DNA of 64,000 nt. It comes from Octopus sinensis (Eukaryota). The stretch covers positions 152,458,001 through 152,522,000 of the forward strand of contig NC_042998.1 in the NCBI RefSeq assembly GCF_006345805.1, read 5' to 3'. Position 1 is the stretch's first letter, and the number at the start of each line of letters is the position of its first letter. This document shows positions 1 to 11,924 of this stretch, one piece after another. The translations under genes and the position numbers were made by a program. The notes below the pieces were generated by a model. It saw only the letters and a list, made by a program, of their open reading frames with translations, did not search any database and was not told the origin of the DNA.

Positions 1-232
1 CCATGGTCTGTATACATATATGTCCCCAAATCTCGTACAGTCTCGTATAACTTTGTGTATTCTCATCCAAGATGGAGACGAGTATCAACGTTCCTTTCTG
101 GCAGGCTTGATAATTGTTGAGAGATTTCTCTCTACGTGCAATCATTGCTAGCCTTGTTAACCCACAAATAAAATATAAGTGTATCTGTGCGCGTGCGTAT
201 GTGTGTGTGTACGCGTGTATGAACGTATTCAT

Positions 233-259
233 GTGTGTGTGTGTGTGTGTGTGTGTGCG

Positions 260-323
<64 letters not shown>

Positions 324-377
324 TATATATATGCAAATATATATATATATATATATATGCAAATATATATATATATG

Positions 378-419
<42 letters not shown>

Positions 420-480
420 AATATATATATATATATATACATATGCATATATACATACATATATGTACATACCTACATAT
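233..480. repeat. (TG)n followed by imperfect (TA)n microsatellite
   Basis: Direct inspection; source of the IYIY/CVCV ORFs. Confidence 0.95.
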
Positions 481-1710
481 ATATGTATATATACATGCAT
501 ATATGGGTACAGGACATCACAAAAAAAACGTAGACAAAATGAAAATCGAGAACATAAAAAACAAAAACATAGAAAACGAACTTTTTTTCGAACAACGAAA
601 GAAACAAACAGAGAAACGAGACAGGCAACATAAAGAACGTTCCATTCATCAGTTGTCCCCTGTTTTATCCACACTGCGTTACGAAGGTAGGGACAAGACG
701 CGACTTCGTTAAAACAATCTTTCCCACAAAGCAAATTAAATAAAATTTGGGATTTTTCGCGGAGGGTGAAAGTGGTAACAAAAACAGGACAGTGATATAT
801 ATATATCACACTAGCACCCAATATCTCCACCACCCTCATTCCATCTCACCTCCCTCTGTTCCACCTCACCTCAACCCTATTCCACATCACACCTCTATGC
901 ATTCCCTCACAACACCCAGTATTCACTCCAAAAAAGCACAAAACGCCTCAACACACACGCAACACGCATAAACACATACAGCTTTCGCACACAAGCATAC
1001 ACGATACACATGCAGACTATAGGGTCACAGACGTACATACACATACACATGTGCATACATCACCCGAACAAGCAGACGTCAACTTTTAAACACAGGCGTT
1101 TGCTCACGCACACACACACACACGACAGCCTCACACATATATACGCGTCCGTATGTACACATACACACAAATACACAAAACACACATCACTACACACAAC
1201 GCACACACTAGGTTACTTGTACACATACACACACAGGCGCATGCGTTTGCAAACACGCATGATAACTCCATATATATGTACACACCTCCATATGCACACA
1301 CATACACACCAGTACATTAAACGAGATTAATTTTAAGCTCGCCCGCACATACTCAAGCATTCTCCCCCATTCACATTTACACACACCATTCTCACATACA
1401 CACACGCGCTTGTGCACCTTAGTTGGTTCAAGGTCACTGTTATTATCTTACTTTCATTCGCCTTTTTTCTTCCGGTCATTTCATCATGTTGAACCGTTAA
1501 TTCCCTACACATTTTTCTCTCAGAATTCTTTTTTCGTCTTAATCCATTCTGTCGAATATTGGAGACCCGAAACATCAAATACTTTTCCATTCTTCCCGAG
1601 CGTCAAACTAATATACCTGCTTGTTGTTCCTTCACCTGTCTTCGTCTTTTGTTTTCTGTATTGCCAAATGGAGCATCTTCGTTTTGCAGTGCTGTTCGTC
1701 GATTTTTGCA

Positions 1711-2060
1711 ATGAGTGAAACGAAGGAACAGCGTGGTGGGGAAAACGGCGCTCGAAACAGTTTTCATGCTTCGAGTAGCTTACAAGAACGCGACCATGAG
1801 CAAAACACAAATTTACGAGTGGTTTTCATGCTCTAGGAATGGTCACTTGTCGCTTGAAGACCAACCTCTTTCAGGAGCTCCTGCCAACGAATTTTGAGCG
1901 AGGAATTGCGAATAAAAAGAGTTGCAACAACATTTGTACTTCGCTTGCTCACGGAAGATCAAAAGCGGTCACGACTAAATGCGTGTCGTGAACTGAAAGA
2001 ACAGTTGGAAGTTGATCCGGACCCTTTTTCCGTCATCACTGATGACGAAAGCCAGTACTA
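1711..2060 (+). mobile_element. mariner-family transposase pseudogene, 5' part (HTH to first catalytic Asp)
   Basis: MSETKEQR...GKTALETVFMLRVAYKNATMSKTQIYEWF and RVATTFVLRLLTEDQKRSRLNACRELKEQL...VITDDESQYY match mariner N-terminal, KFVPRLL and ITGDESW-type motifs; frameshifted. Confidence 0.85.
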
Positions 2061-2079
2061 CAGAATTTACAGTAGATTT

Positions 2080-2107
2080 TGTAGTGAAAATGGTACACTT
2101 CTTCCCA
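2080..2107 (+). repeat. 28-bp stub of the 5' LTR
   Basis: TGTAGTGAAAATGGTACACTTCTTCCCA matches the start of the 3' LTR at 4288 with one mismatch. Confidence 0.8.
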
Positions 2108-4287
2108 CGTGACAAAGCGGTATGAGACATTTTTGCTGTATATATTTTACAAAAAAATCCGTAAAATTAGGGAAAACTTGTTAGAGGGTTTAAGTTGAGT
2201 TGCAAAAACAGCGACAACAACAACTCAAAGAGCAACAAGAACAAAAACAAATATTACAGCAACAAATGTTACAACTAATGAAGTTGGTAACAAAACCAAA
2301 AAATACGTCTTCGCCAGACCATGTCGCAAATTCAATAAATGAATTTAAATATGAACTGGAAGAAGGAATCACTTTCGAGGCATATTATCGAAGTTTTGAA
2401 CAAATTTTCGAAAAATAATCCCAAGACTAGACGGATGTAATGAAAATGCGTCTAATTCTGAGGAAACTGGCGACGACAGAGTATGAGTGATACTGTAACT
2501 TTATATTGCCTGAAAAAGTTTCTGACATAAATTTCTAGGACACAATTGATACTTTATGTAAGACGTTCAGTGAAAAACCATCGTTATTCAACACCGTTGG
2601 AAGTGTTAAAACATGGAGAAAAGCGATGACGAAGACTTTACCACGTATGCGCGTACAGTGAACAGTTTGGGTATAATTTCTTTCCGCTGGTAATAGTCTG
2701 TACATAAAAAAGTTCCACAGGTTTATACACGGTAGACGGTTTAGACTACAAACAGACTATCGTCCGTTGTTAACGATTTATAGGTCTAAGAAAGGAATCC
2801 CAGTACATACAGCAAAGAGGTTGCAGCGATGGCACACCATACTACTAAACTACGACCATGCAATGGAATATTTACTGTCGAAAAAGTGAGGACATGCTGA
2901 CAGCCTATCCAGGTTAATAGCCAGAAATGGCGAACCATTCGAGGACACAGTAATAGCAGCCCTAAGATCCGAAGGGGAAATTAAACACATAATGTGGAAC
3001 ACTGTGCGAGAGTTACTAATAACCCTGGAGGAGATAAAGCGTCAGGCGTCAAAAGACAAGTTCATTACTGAAACAAAACAAATTCTGTGGTCAGCGAAAG
3101 AAAACAAAAAAAAAGGTTCGGCAAGAAAAATCATGATTTAAAAATATATGCGACGGCATACTGATGTATTGCCAAAGGGTATTGATACTTGAGACTCTAC
3201 AAAAAAAAATGTTCAAAGAAATCCATATTGGACATCCGGGGAGCGAAAAGATGAAAGCACTTATGCGCATTTATGTGTATTGGCCGAAGATGGACAAGGA
3301 AGTTGAAAGCGTAGTAAAAGGCTGCAGAAAATGTGCTCTGGCAGCGAAATTGCCTACACAAAAATTGGAGCTATGACTAGAAGAAAAAAGTCTATGGACA
3401 AGACAACGCATCAGTTCTGCGGGCCCGTTAAATGGTTATCACTACTTAGTAGTTGACAGTTTTACAAAATAGCCAGAAATTGTTAAGTTCAAAAGACCAT
3501 CCTCCCCAACTGTAATAAATTTTTTGCACGAATTATTCGCAAGATTTGGCATCCCAGACGTGATTGTATCTAATAATGAAACACAATTTGTGTCAGTGGA
3601 TTTTTAAAATGCTGCGAAATATTCACGGTAGAACATAAAAACGATAGCGTCTTATCATCCTAGATCAAATGGACAGGCAGAACGTTCTATAGACATTTTT
3701 AAAAGAGCTTTGAAAAAAGCAATCAAGGAAGTCACAAACGAAATTGCTCTGCAGCAATTCCTAAGGGTATACAGGGTGACACCGAACCCCAATACATCAG
3801 CAGGAAGCTCACCAGCTGAACTGATGTTCGCGAGGAAGGTGAAATCAGAGAAAGCATCAGGAAAGACAATCCAAATTATTTCAAAATTGGTGATTTGGTG
3901 TACATGAGGTCGTATAAAACGGAAAACAATATTGGGAAGAGGGAAAAATTACAAAGTACAGAGGGAAAATGATGTATGGAATTAAAAGCAGAAACGGTAT
4001 TGAAAAAAGACAGAAAACAATTGAAGAAGTTCATAGAAAATGAACCAGACAGATTGGAAGAAACTATGCAATGGCTGTATGACACATTCCAGATACCAAC
4101 ACCGTTACAGGTGGTTGAACCCATGCGTACAAGTGGAAGAAAAAGAAAGAACACAGAGTCCCTACAAAATGACGCCAAAAAGTAAAAATATTAAGTTGGA
4201 AAAAACACAAAAAAGGGAGGAGGGGTGAAATAAAGAATAAAGTAAGATACAATTACTTCCCAAAGAAAAAAAGACTAAAAGGGGAAA

Positions 4288-4564
4288 TGTAGTGAAAATG
4301 GTACACTCCTTCCCATAAAGTAGTACGAAATAGTCAGTCGTTATAGTAGTAGATTCGTTGTACAAGATCTCAGTTGGAGTCAGTGCCAGTTACGTGATAT
4401 ATACGAGTTCAAGTTACCGTCAAGTTAGACGTTTCATAGTCATTGTCTTGCGGAGCTATCAGCAATAGCATGATAGACGAGTCAAAGATAAGACGTGGAA
4501 TACTGCCAAAACATATATGATAGCGCCAACAACATACATGTGTAGGAGAGTCCACATTATAACA
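4288..4564 (+). repeat. 3' LTR (~277 bp, TG...CA)
   Basis: Follows the PPT; starts TGTAGTG and ends ATTATAACA, where mariner sequence resumes. Confidence 0.75.
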
Positions 4565-4752
4565 AGAAGCGAAGAAAAAATCGACGGAGGCATTAAAGGA
4601 CATCACTTCGGAGACTGCTTCGAATAGTGGAAAACGCATATGGACTGATGCACTGCTTCAAATGTAGAATACTTTAAAAGCGATAAAAGTGTAAACATGT
4701 AAAACTAAGTGAATAAAATAACATTGCAAAATTTCTTTGGGGTAACCCCACC
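4565..4752 (+). mobile_element. mariner transposase pseudogene, 3' end
   Basis: EAKKKSTEALKDIT / DCFE*WKTHMD*CTASNVEYFKSDK matches the mariner C-terminal CF..WK.R.D.C.ASNGEYFEGD motif. Confidence 0.75.
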
Positions 4753-4847
4753 TGCATGACCGCAGCCGCGTAGCTGAAACGAATAAAAAATAAAAGAATA
4801 TATATATGTATATATACATATCTAGATGTGTGTTTGTGCGTGTGTGG

Positions 4848-4989
<142 letters not shown>

Positions 4990-6477
4990 CTTTCTTTTAT
5001 TAGCCACACAGGGCTGAATACAGAGGGGACAAATACAAAAATAGAGCTTTTCTTTTCGAGGGTGGAAAAGAAAAAGGAAAATAAATGTAAGATTTCGATC
5101 AAAAGGGATCGAGAGAAAAAAATCGTGTATCACAGAAACACTTTTTTCAAAAAAAAAATAATAAAACAAGATTGGGTTCATCCGTGGGAAGAAAAGCCTA
5201 CAGAAAAGACCACGGGAACCTCAGTCAGGGAGGAAATAACCACATGAGAGCAAAATGCTCTCTCTTTCTCTTTTTTACGATTTACAGGGTCATGCTCAAA
5301 AAGGTTTCGTCACACGCACGCACCATCTTTGGCTACATTCACCCATCTTTTTTTAAATCTTTCGCGAGACAAAACTTCTCTATCCATTCTCACCTTCCTT
5401 TTCAAGTGGTACTTGAAAAAGTTGATGAGCGATTGGCCAGAGAGGTAAGTGTTTGTCTCTAATCCTTTCGCTCGGGTCCACCATACACATTCTTTCACCA
5501 TGGCCACCAGTACGATGAAAACTGCCTTGCCTTCCCGGTTGAGGGAAGGGGGCGGAGCAATATTCACGATAGACTCGGCCGATAGGCGGACTCGTCCCAC
5601 ACGTGACAGCAGCCGTTCGGCTTAAGCCCACAGGTCTAAAATGGTTGGACATTGCACGAATGCGGGCAGAACGGTTTCGTCGCTCTGACCGCATCTCGGG
5701 CAAGTCGGTCCAGTGTGCCTGGAACCGTGTCTGTAGAGCTTATCCCGAACAGGTAATGCTTCTAGATAGCACTGCCAGGCCAGGGATCTTTGGTGATTGT
5801 CCATAGGTCCCGGCCCGAAAGTTGTCCTGAACAGGCGATCAGGTGTTCCTTGTCGACGCCCAGACTCTGCCCGAGATCGTCGTCGCACCTCCCCTCCACT
5901 AATCCTCTATAGAATGCCTTTGTTGTGATGGAGTCGCACAAGTTTGATCCCGGACGGCAGAGTTGCTTGAGAGCAACGCGACACTCGCGGTGCCATTCGC
6001 CTAGCCTCGGTCTCTGCTTGATCCATGACTGTAGTTCGGCCAAGGAGACGAGCTGCGGGAAAGCGCGCCGCACAAAAGGCGACCACACCTGTTCACCGTC
6101 GTCTATGAAGCGCCGGAGATGTCGCAGTCTCAGCGCATGTCTGCGCATCATCAACCACGGCATGCCCAGCCCTCCATTTAGCGGGTGTTAACAGCAAATG
6201 GATCGCCTAACCATCGGAACGTTTCCCTTCCACAGGAAGCGGAAGAGTATACGTTCCAGTTTGGTGATGGTAGGGTCGGGACAAGGCACGACGGTCAGAC
6301 GATACTCGATGACGGATGCGATGTACGCGTTCGCCACCTCCGCCCGACCTTTTAGGGATAGCTTTCTCTCAGCCCATTTCTGGGTGAGAGGGGGCATCCC
6401 TGACGAACCGAACGCATGATGTTAAAAGGTCTGGATAGATGACCATTTACGCGAACTACCGAGCGGATCGCTGCCTA

Positions 6478-7776
6478 TTAGGCAGCTATCCAAACGTGGA
6501 AAACTGGACCGAAACCAGCCGCTTTAAGGACAGCCTCCAAGTAGTGATGGTCTACCCTATCGAAAGCTTTTGATTGATCCAAATTGATCAGCGCCCCACC
6601 CATGCCAGGATTCTTGACTACCCTGTCTATGATGTAGCGCATCAGATGGAGGTTGTCATGAATACTTCTACCCGGCACGGCGCATGTTAGCGCCTTGTCG
6701 AAGCGCCAAGGCGCCAACCTCTCGGCTAACACCTTGGCCAAAATTTTCAAATCTGCGTTGAGCAGAGTGATGGGCCTGAAATTATCTATGACGTCCCCCT
6801 TGTTTGGGTCTTTCTTAATCAGTGCCACTGCTCCTCGTTTTACAAAAGCAGGGATACTCCCGTTTTGCTGCCAGTTGCAGTAGACAGCTGCCAAGACGCC
6901 TCCAAACAAGTCTGGCATATGACAATAAAGCTCGTTGGGCAGACCATCCAAGCCTGGTGACTTGTCTCTCGCGCAGCCTGCCATCGCATCCTGTACGTCC
7001 GCAGCTGTGATAGGCCTTTCACAAGACTCCGCCTCTCTTGCTGAGAGTCGTGGCAAGGCATGCAGGTAGGCACTAAAGTCCACTCTGCGTTCTGACCCAT
7101 CACTTGTCCCAAACAGTTGGGTGAATTGTTGTTGAAAAGCCTCACACATCCTTTTGGGCTCGAGCAATTCGCGCCCCTGTTCATCTGTAAGAGACTTGAT
7201 GGTGGTTCTGTTGCCTCGTTGCGTTTCTACCATTCTGGCTTCTATGGCGGCTCCAACTCCTTCGTTCCTCAGAGCACGCATCCTAGCTCTGACAACGCAT
7301 CCTTTGTGTTTGGCGTTGAAGTGTTGGTCGAGGGCCAACCTCGCTGCCAGTACGCTGGACGCGATGCCAGTTCTAAGTGCCTCTTCTAAACTCTTAACTA
7401 AGTCTCCCTCTATTCTATTTCGGTCTAATGCTAGGGCTTTACTGTACCTGACTGATTCTGCTTTAATTGCTTTTTTTAGGGCATACCACCATCTGTTGTT
7501 GATGATGGTACCCGTCAATACTCTCTTAACTAATGTGCTGATCCGGTCCCTGTAAACCTGTCGTGCTGTAAAAGACGTGTTCAGCTTCCAGTAACCAGGA
7601 CCCTGCCTATGCGTCTTATCTAAGTCAAGTGTACAAGTCACAAACTTGTGATCTATGTAACTGACTATATGAAATTTTGGACAACCTACACTATTTTTAT
7701 CTATTGTCCTACAGAATACTCTATCTAAGTACGATCTGGACGACCCGATGCGGTTATTCCATGTCCACATTGGCAC
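6478..7776 (-). pseudogene. Tx1 copy A ORF2 segment (end of endonuclease, linker, RT N-terminal half)
   Basis: YLDRV, DHK, GPGYWKLN, KSPGLDGLP, AFDRVDH. Confidence 0.9.
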
Positions 7777-7794
7777 ATTCGGGTGGTCCAGTCG

Positions 7795-8328
7795 TTACCT
7801 GTCAGACAGTTGGAAACGTCTGAGCAGGTTTTTGAGGCATTTGCATCCCCTCCTATTGCTATCTCTGCCCACGTAGTCTAGATGCGTGTCCAGGGTGGCA
7901 TTCCAATCCCCCACTAAAAGTAAAGGACGAGACGTTCCCATGAAAGACTCTAGACGTTGAAAGAAATCTGGTCGGCCTGTTAAGGACGGTACATAAACTT
8001 TTATCAGTCGAAAAGCACACTCATTGCTGCCATCGACATCCAAAACGACCAGCCCACCCTCCGGGTCTAGGAAAATTGCTCTTACTTTGAGGTCCAGACT
8101 CTTCCGGAGAAGCACCGCGGTGCCACCTCCGCCCATTCTCGGTAGACACGGAGAAAAATAAATGTTGAAATGTGTGCCGAACATGTGCTGGAGTGCCCGC
8201 GAGCTGTGGAGTCTGGTCTCACTGATGGCTATGACATGCAGATTTAGTGACTTGATGTCGTTTAACAGGTAGCCTTGTTTCCAAGGCGACCCCAATCCAC
8301 GTACATTTATACTGCCTATTTTGAGCAT
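7795..8328 (-). pseudogene. Tx1 copy A APE endonuclease segment
   Basis: SINVRGL, ISETRL, VGDWNA motifs. Confidence 0.9.
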
Positions 8329-10953
8329 GTTCCTATCAAAAATTGTGTTTTACACACGAAAAGAAGATGAGAAAAAAGAGAGAGAGAAAAGGTTACTTAT
8401 TGTCCGAAAGTCCTTTGTTTTTCACCTCAAAGTCTTCTCCCATGAGGTTTTTATAAAGTTTCTTTGATAAATATTTTTGAAATCTCCCAACTGCATCAGG
8501 GTAGAGAGATTTCAGGGTGCTGTGTGTGTTCTGTGTTACGTGTATTATTTTAATGTGTTGTGGTGGTGTTGTGCGTGGATGGTTATTTGTTTTAGTGTCG
8601 TTTTCAGTTATGTTGGTGTTTGACCTAATGCATTCCATTAGGTCGTGGTTGTTTGTGTTTATGGCTGTCAACATTGTTGGGGGGGGGGGTAGTGTGTTTG
8701 TGTTGATGTGTTCGTTTTCTGTGGATGTTTTTGTTTCGGGAGTGGTGAATCTTCCTGCTTTGTTTGTTAGCTTTTCTATTTTTTTTCCCCCTTTTTCTCC
8801 TCCCCCTGTGGCTATTTGCCAATCCTCTGTGTCTTCTTCATCTAATGACATGTCAGAAGAATCAGAGAGTGGGAGGGGAAAAGTATTGGGGTCTATTTTT
8901 GACTGTGTTAACTTTGTTGTTGGTGTTGGTTGGTGAGCGTTAGGGTGTGGTGTATGGGTTTTTGGAGGTGGTGTGAGGGTATTTTGTGTTTGTGTGATTG
9001 TAGGTATTGTTGTGGTGTTTGGGGTGTGTGTTTTGGGGGGATTTGGAGTAGTCATTGTTTCTTCATTTTCGATGCTTGTCTTTTTGGTAGATGTTCTTGG
9101 TTTGGGAGTTGGTTTCTCTTTGGTTGTTGTTGTTGCTGTTGTTTCTGTTCTTGGTGCAGTTGGTGATGTTGTTTGGTTGGGTATGTTTGTTTCTTGTTGA
9201 TTTTCTGTGACTGGTCATTTTATTGTTCGTGCAAACTGTAGTGTGGGTAATAAAGCTGGCTTTTTTGTTTTTTCCGGCTGCTGTTGTTGTTGCTGCCGTT
9301 TTCTAGCGGCAGATTTGCAATCTTTTTTTAGATGTTGCTCACTGCCGCATATGTATCAGCGTGGTCTTCTACCCTCGACGACCACATACAACTTGTGGTC
9401 TTCTGATATGTATATCTGGGGGTATTTTGTTGATGGCATCTTGTTTGATGTGTAGCAGAATTTCTACTCTTTTTCCCACTCAGTTTTTGTGTTCAGTAAC
9501 CGTGGTTTGTAATATGTTAAAATCGTCCATTTCCACACATATGGCCGATGTTAGCCATAGAGTGTCCGCTATTTGTGAAACATTGTTTAATATGACCTTA
9601 GTTACTCTCTGTCCGTGGTAGCTAGGTATCATAGAGAGTTCATCGGAATGAAGAGTTAGTGTTGAGAATCGTTTTGCTAACTCTTCAGTGTGGAAAACTA
9701 CTCGTATGTGCGCAAACTTGTTCCACCAGGTCACATATTCTTTGAAGTTCCAGATAGGTTGCAAACATTTTTCGATTTTGTTTGTGTTCGCCTTCTCTGG
9801 ACTTTTTGTCTTCTTGTTGATTATTTTATATATAATGGTTTTCTTTTTTTCATTTTCCAGTATTTGTTGTGGTATGTTTATTTTTACCTTGCCATTTTCT
9901 TTAGTTATTAAAGCTTTGGTATCTTTTATCTGTTGTGCAGTAAAATATACTGTTGTCTTTTTTTCTTTTATCGCCTCGGCGAAATTTGTTGTTGTTTTGT
10001 TATTGTTGTTGCTGGTGGTGATGTTGTTGTTGGCTGCAGTTGGTAAATTCTGTGTATTTGGTGTCTAATGTTTGATTGTGCAAGTAGGAAGGGGTGGAAA
10101 ATTTCTTGCATAATTTGTCCCTGCGTTTGAGCAGCTTTCGGCAATTCGTTTGGTGGTCGCGGTCATTTGTTTCTCTCCTTCAGTTTTTGGTGTTGGAGGA
10201 AACAAGGTCTGAAAAGAATTGTTGTTATTGTTGTAGTATTGGCGGCGGTGTCAGTGGCAGAAGAGACAGCCGTGGCAGCAGATATCGTTGTAGGTGAGAT
10301 AATAGGTGAAACATTCTGGACAATTATAATTACTTCATTTTTGTTGTTGTTATTGTTGTTGTTATTAATGGTTGTTGTGTCAGTATAAGTTCTATCTTTG
10401 GTGTTGTTGGTTGTGGTGGTGGTGGTGGTGTTGATTTCAGTTTTATCTTTCTTTATATCAGCGTATTTGTTGACTGTCTTTTCCAAAACAGGGAAATTTT
10501 CCTTAGAAAAAATCGTAGAATACTGTTCTGCGATAAAATTCCTCGACATTTTTTTTTCGAGAAAAATAAAATCAATTGATGAAAATGCCCCTAGGGGTGA
10601 ATTCTACATTCTCAAAGACACCTAAACGAAAGTTGGGCGTTTGGAAAGTTGAAAAATTCCAAAAATGTATAAAGTAAACAATGGATACAGCGGAGAGAGA
10701 GAGCAGCGTTTATGCGTTATGAGAAACGCTTCGGCGACATTGTATGAAAACAAGCTATGAAAGCAAAAATTTTAATATATAATCACAGTTGAAATTGCCC
10801 CTAGGGGCAAAATCCCTTCCGGAAAACCCACCCAGACGAAAGCTGGGTGTCTTACACACACCGTGTACAAAAGTTGAAACGAAACTATTTCAAAAACACA
10901 ATAAAATAAGCAACTGACTTACGAGTCGATCTGTCAATGAATACTATCGATCG

Positions 10954-11042
<89 letters not shown>
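10954..11042. repeat. (GATA)n spacer between copies B and A
   Basis: Pure repeat. Confidence 0.98.
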
Positions 11043-11043
<1 letters not shown>

Positions 11044-11924
11044 CTTTTTATTGTGGCCACACAGGGCTAAACACAGAATAAAAATGGACGAAATACAATG
11101 TAGAGATTTTTCTTTTCGAGGTGGGATGGGTGGGACACAGAAAAAAAACGTTCGATCAATAGGGATCTGTGGGTTGTGTGGGGTATAAAAAAGCAATATA
11201 TATATATAAAGTTCACAGTTTAGGAGTAGCCTTGGAAAGAAAAACCTACAAAAAAGACCAAGGTCACCTCAGACAGTTCGAAAATGAATACATGAGTAAG
11301 TCACCTTACCTCTCGTTGTCTCTTTTGGTTACAGATTTACGCTTAAAATAGTGTCGTCTTTCATTCTGACCATTTTTGCCACTTTTACCCACTTTTTATT
11401 AAAACAATTCGTTCGACAAAGCCTTCCTCTCTATTCTCATCCTCCTTTTAAAGTGGTACTTGAAAAAGTTGACGAGAGACTGACCAGAGAGGAAGGTGTT
11501 TGTTTGCAGTCCTTTCAAACGCGTCCACCATACACATTCTTTCGCCATAGCCATCAGCGTAACGAAAACCGTTTTCCCTTCCCGTTTAAAAGAAGGTGGT
11601 GGAACAATATTTACGATAGACTCGGCCGATAAGCGGGCCCGTCCTACACGCGACAACAGCTGTTCGACGAAGGTCCACAGCTCTGAAATAGAACGGTTTC
11701 GTCGTTCTGACCGCATCTCGAGCAGGTCGGTCCGGTGGTGGTTTTCGAACCGTGCCTGTAGCTCTTCTCTCGAACAGGTAGTGCGTCTCGATAGCATTGC
11801 CAAGCCAGGGATCTCCGGAAGTTATCCATAGGCCCCGGCCCGAACGTCGTCCTGAAAAGGCGGGTTAGGAATTTCTCGTCGACGCCCAGGTTTGCCCTGA
11901 GTGTGTCGTCGGACCTCCCCTCCA

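Larger units (their letters stand above)
2080..4564 (+). mobile_element. Internally deleted Ty3/gypsy LTR retrotransposon (gag remnant, RNase H, integrase)
   Basis: Gln-rich gag (QKQRQQQ...NSINEFKY...FEAYY), RNase H (KKFHRFIHGRRFRLQTDYRPL, HADSLSRL), integrase (HIGHPG...R.YVYWP; YHPRSNGQAER); PPT AAAAGGGGAAA at 4277-4287; protease and RT absent. Confidence 0.85.

Noticed and set aside
620-660. Minus-strand CTGATGA as a hammerhead core
   Set aside because: No downstream helix II-GAAA found.
114-839. Long IYIY/CVCV ORFs (also at 35508, 38807, 47117, 53390 and others)
   Set aside because: Translations of (TA)n/(TG)n microsatellites.
8517-10068. Plus-strand Val/Cys-rich ORFs overlapping Tx1 ORF1
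   Set aside because: Antisense shadows of Thr/Asn/Lys-rich low-complexity coding sequence.
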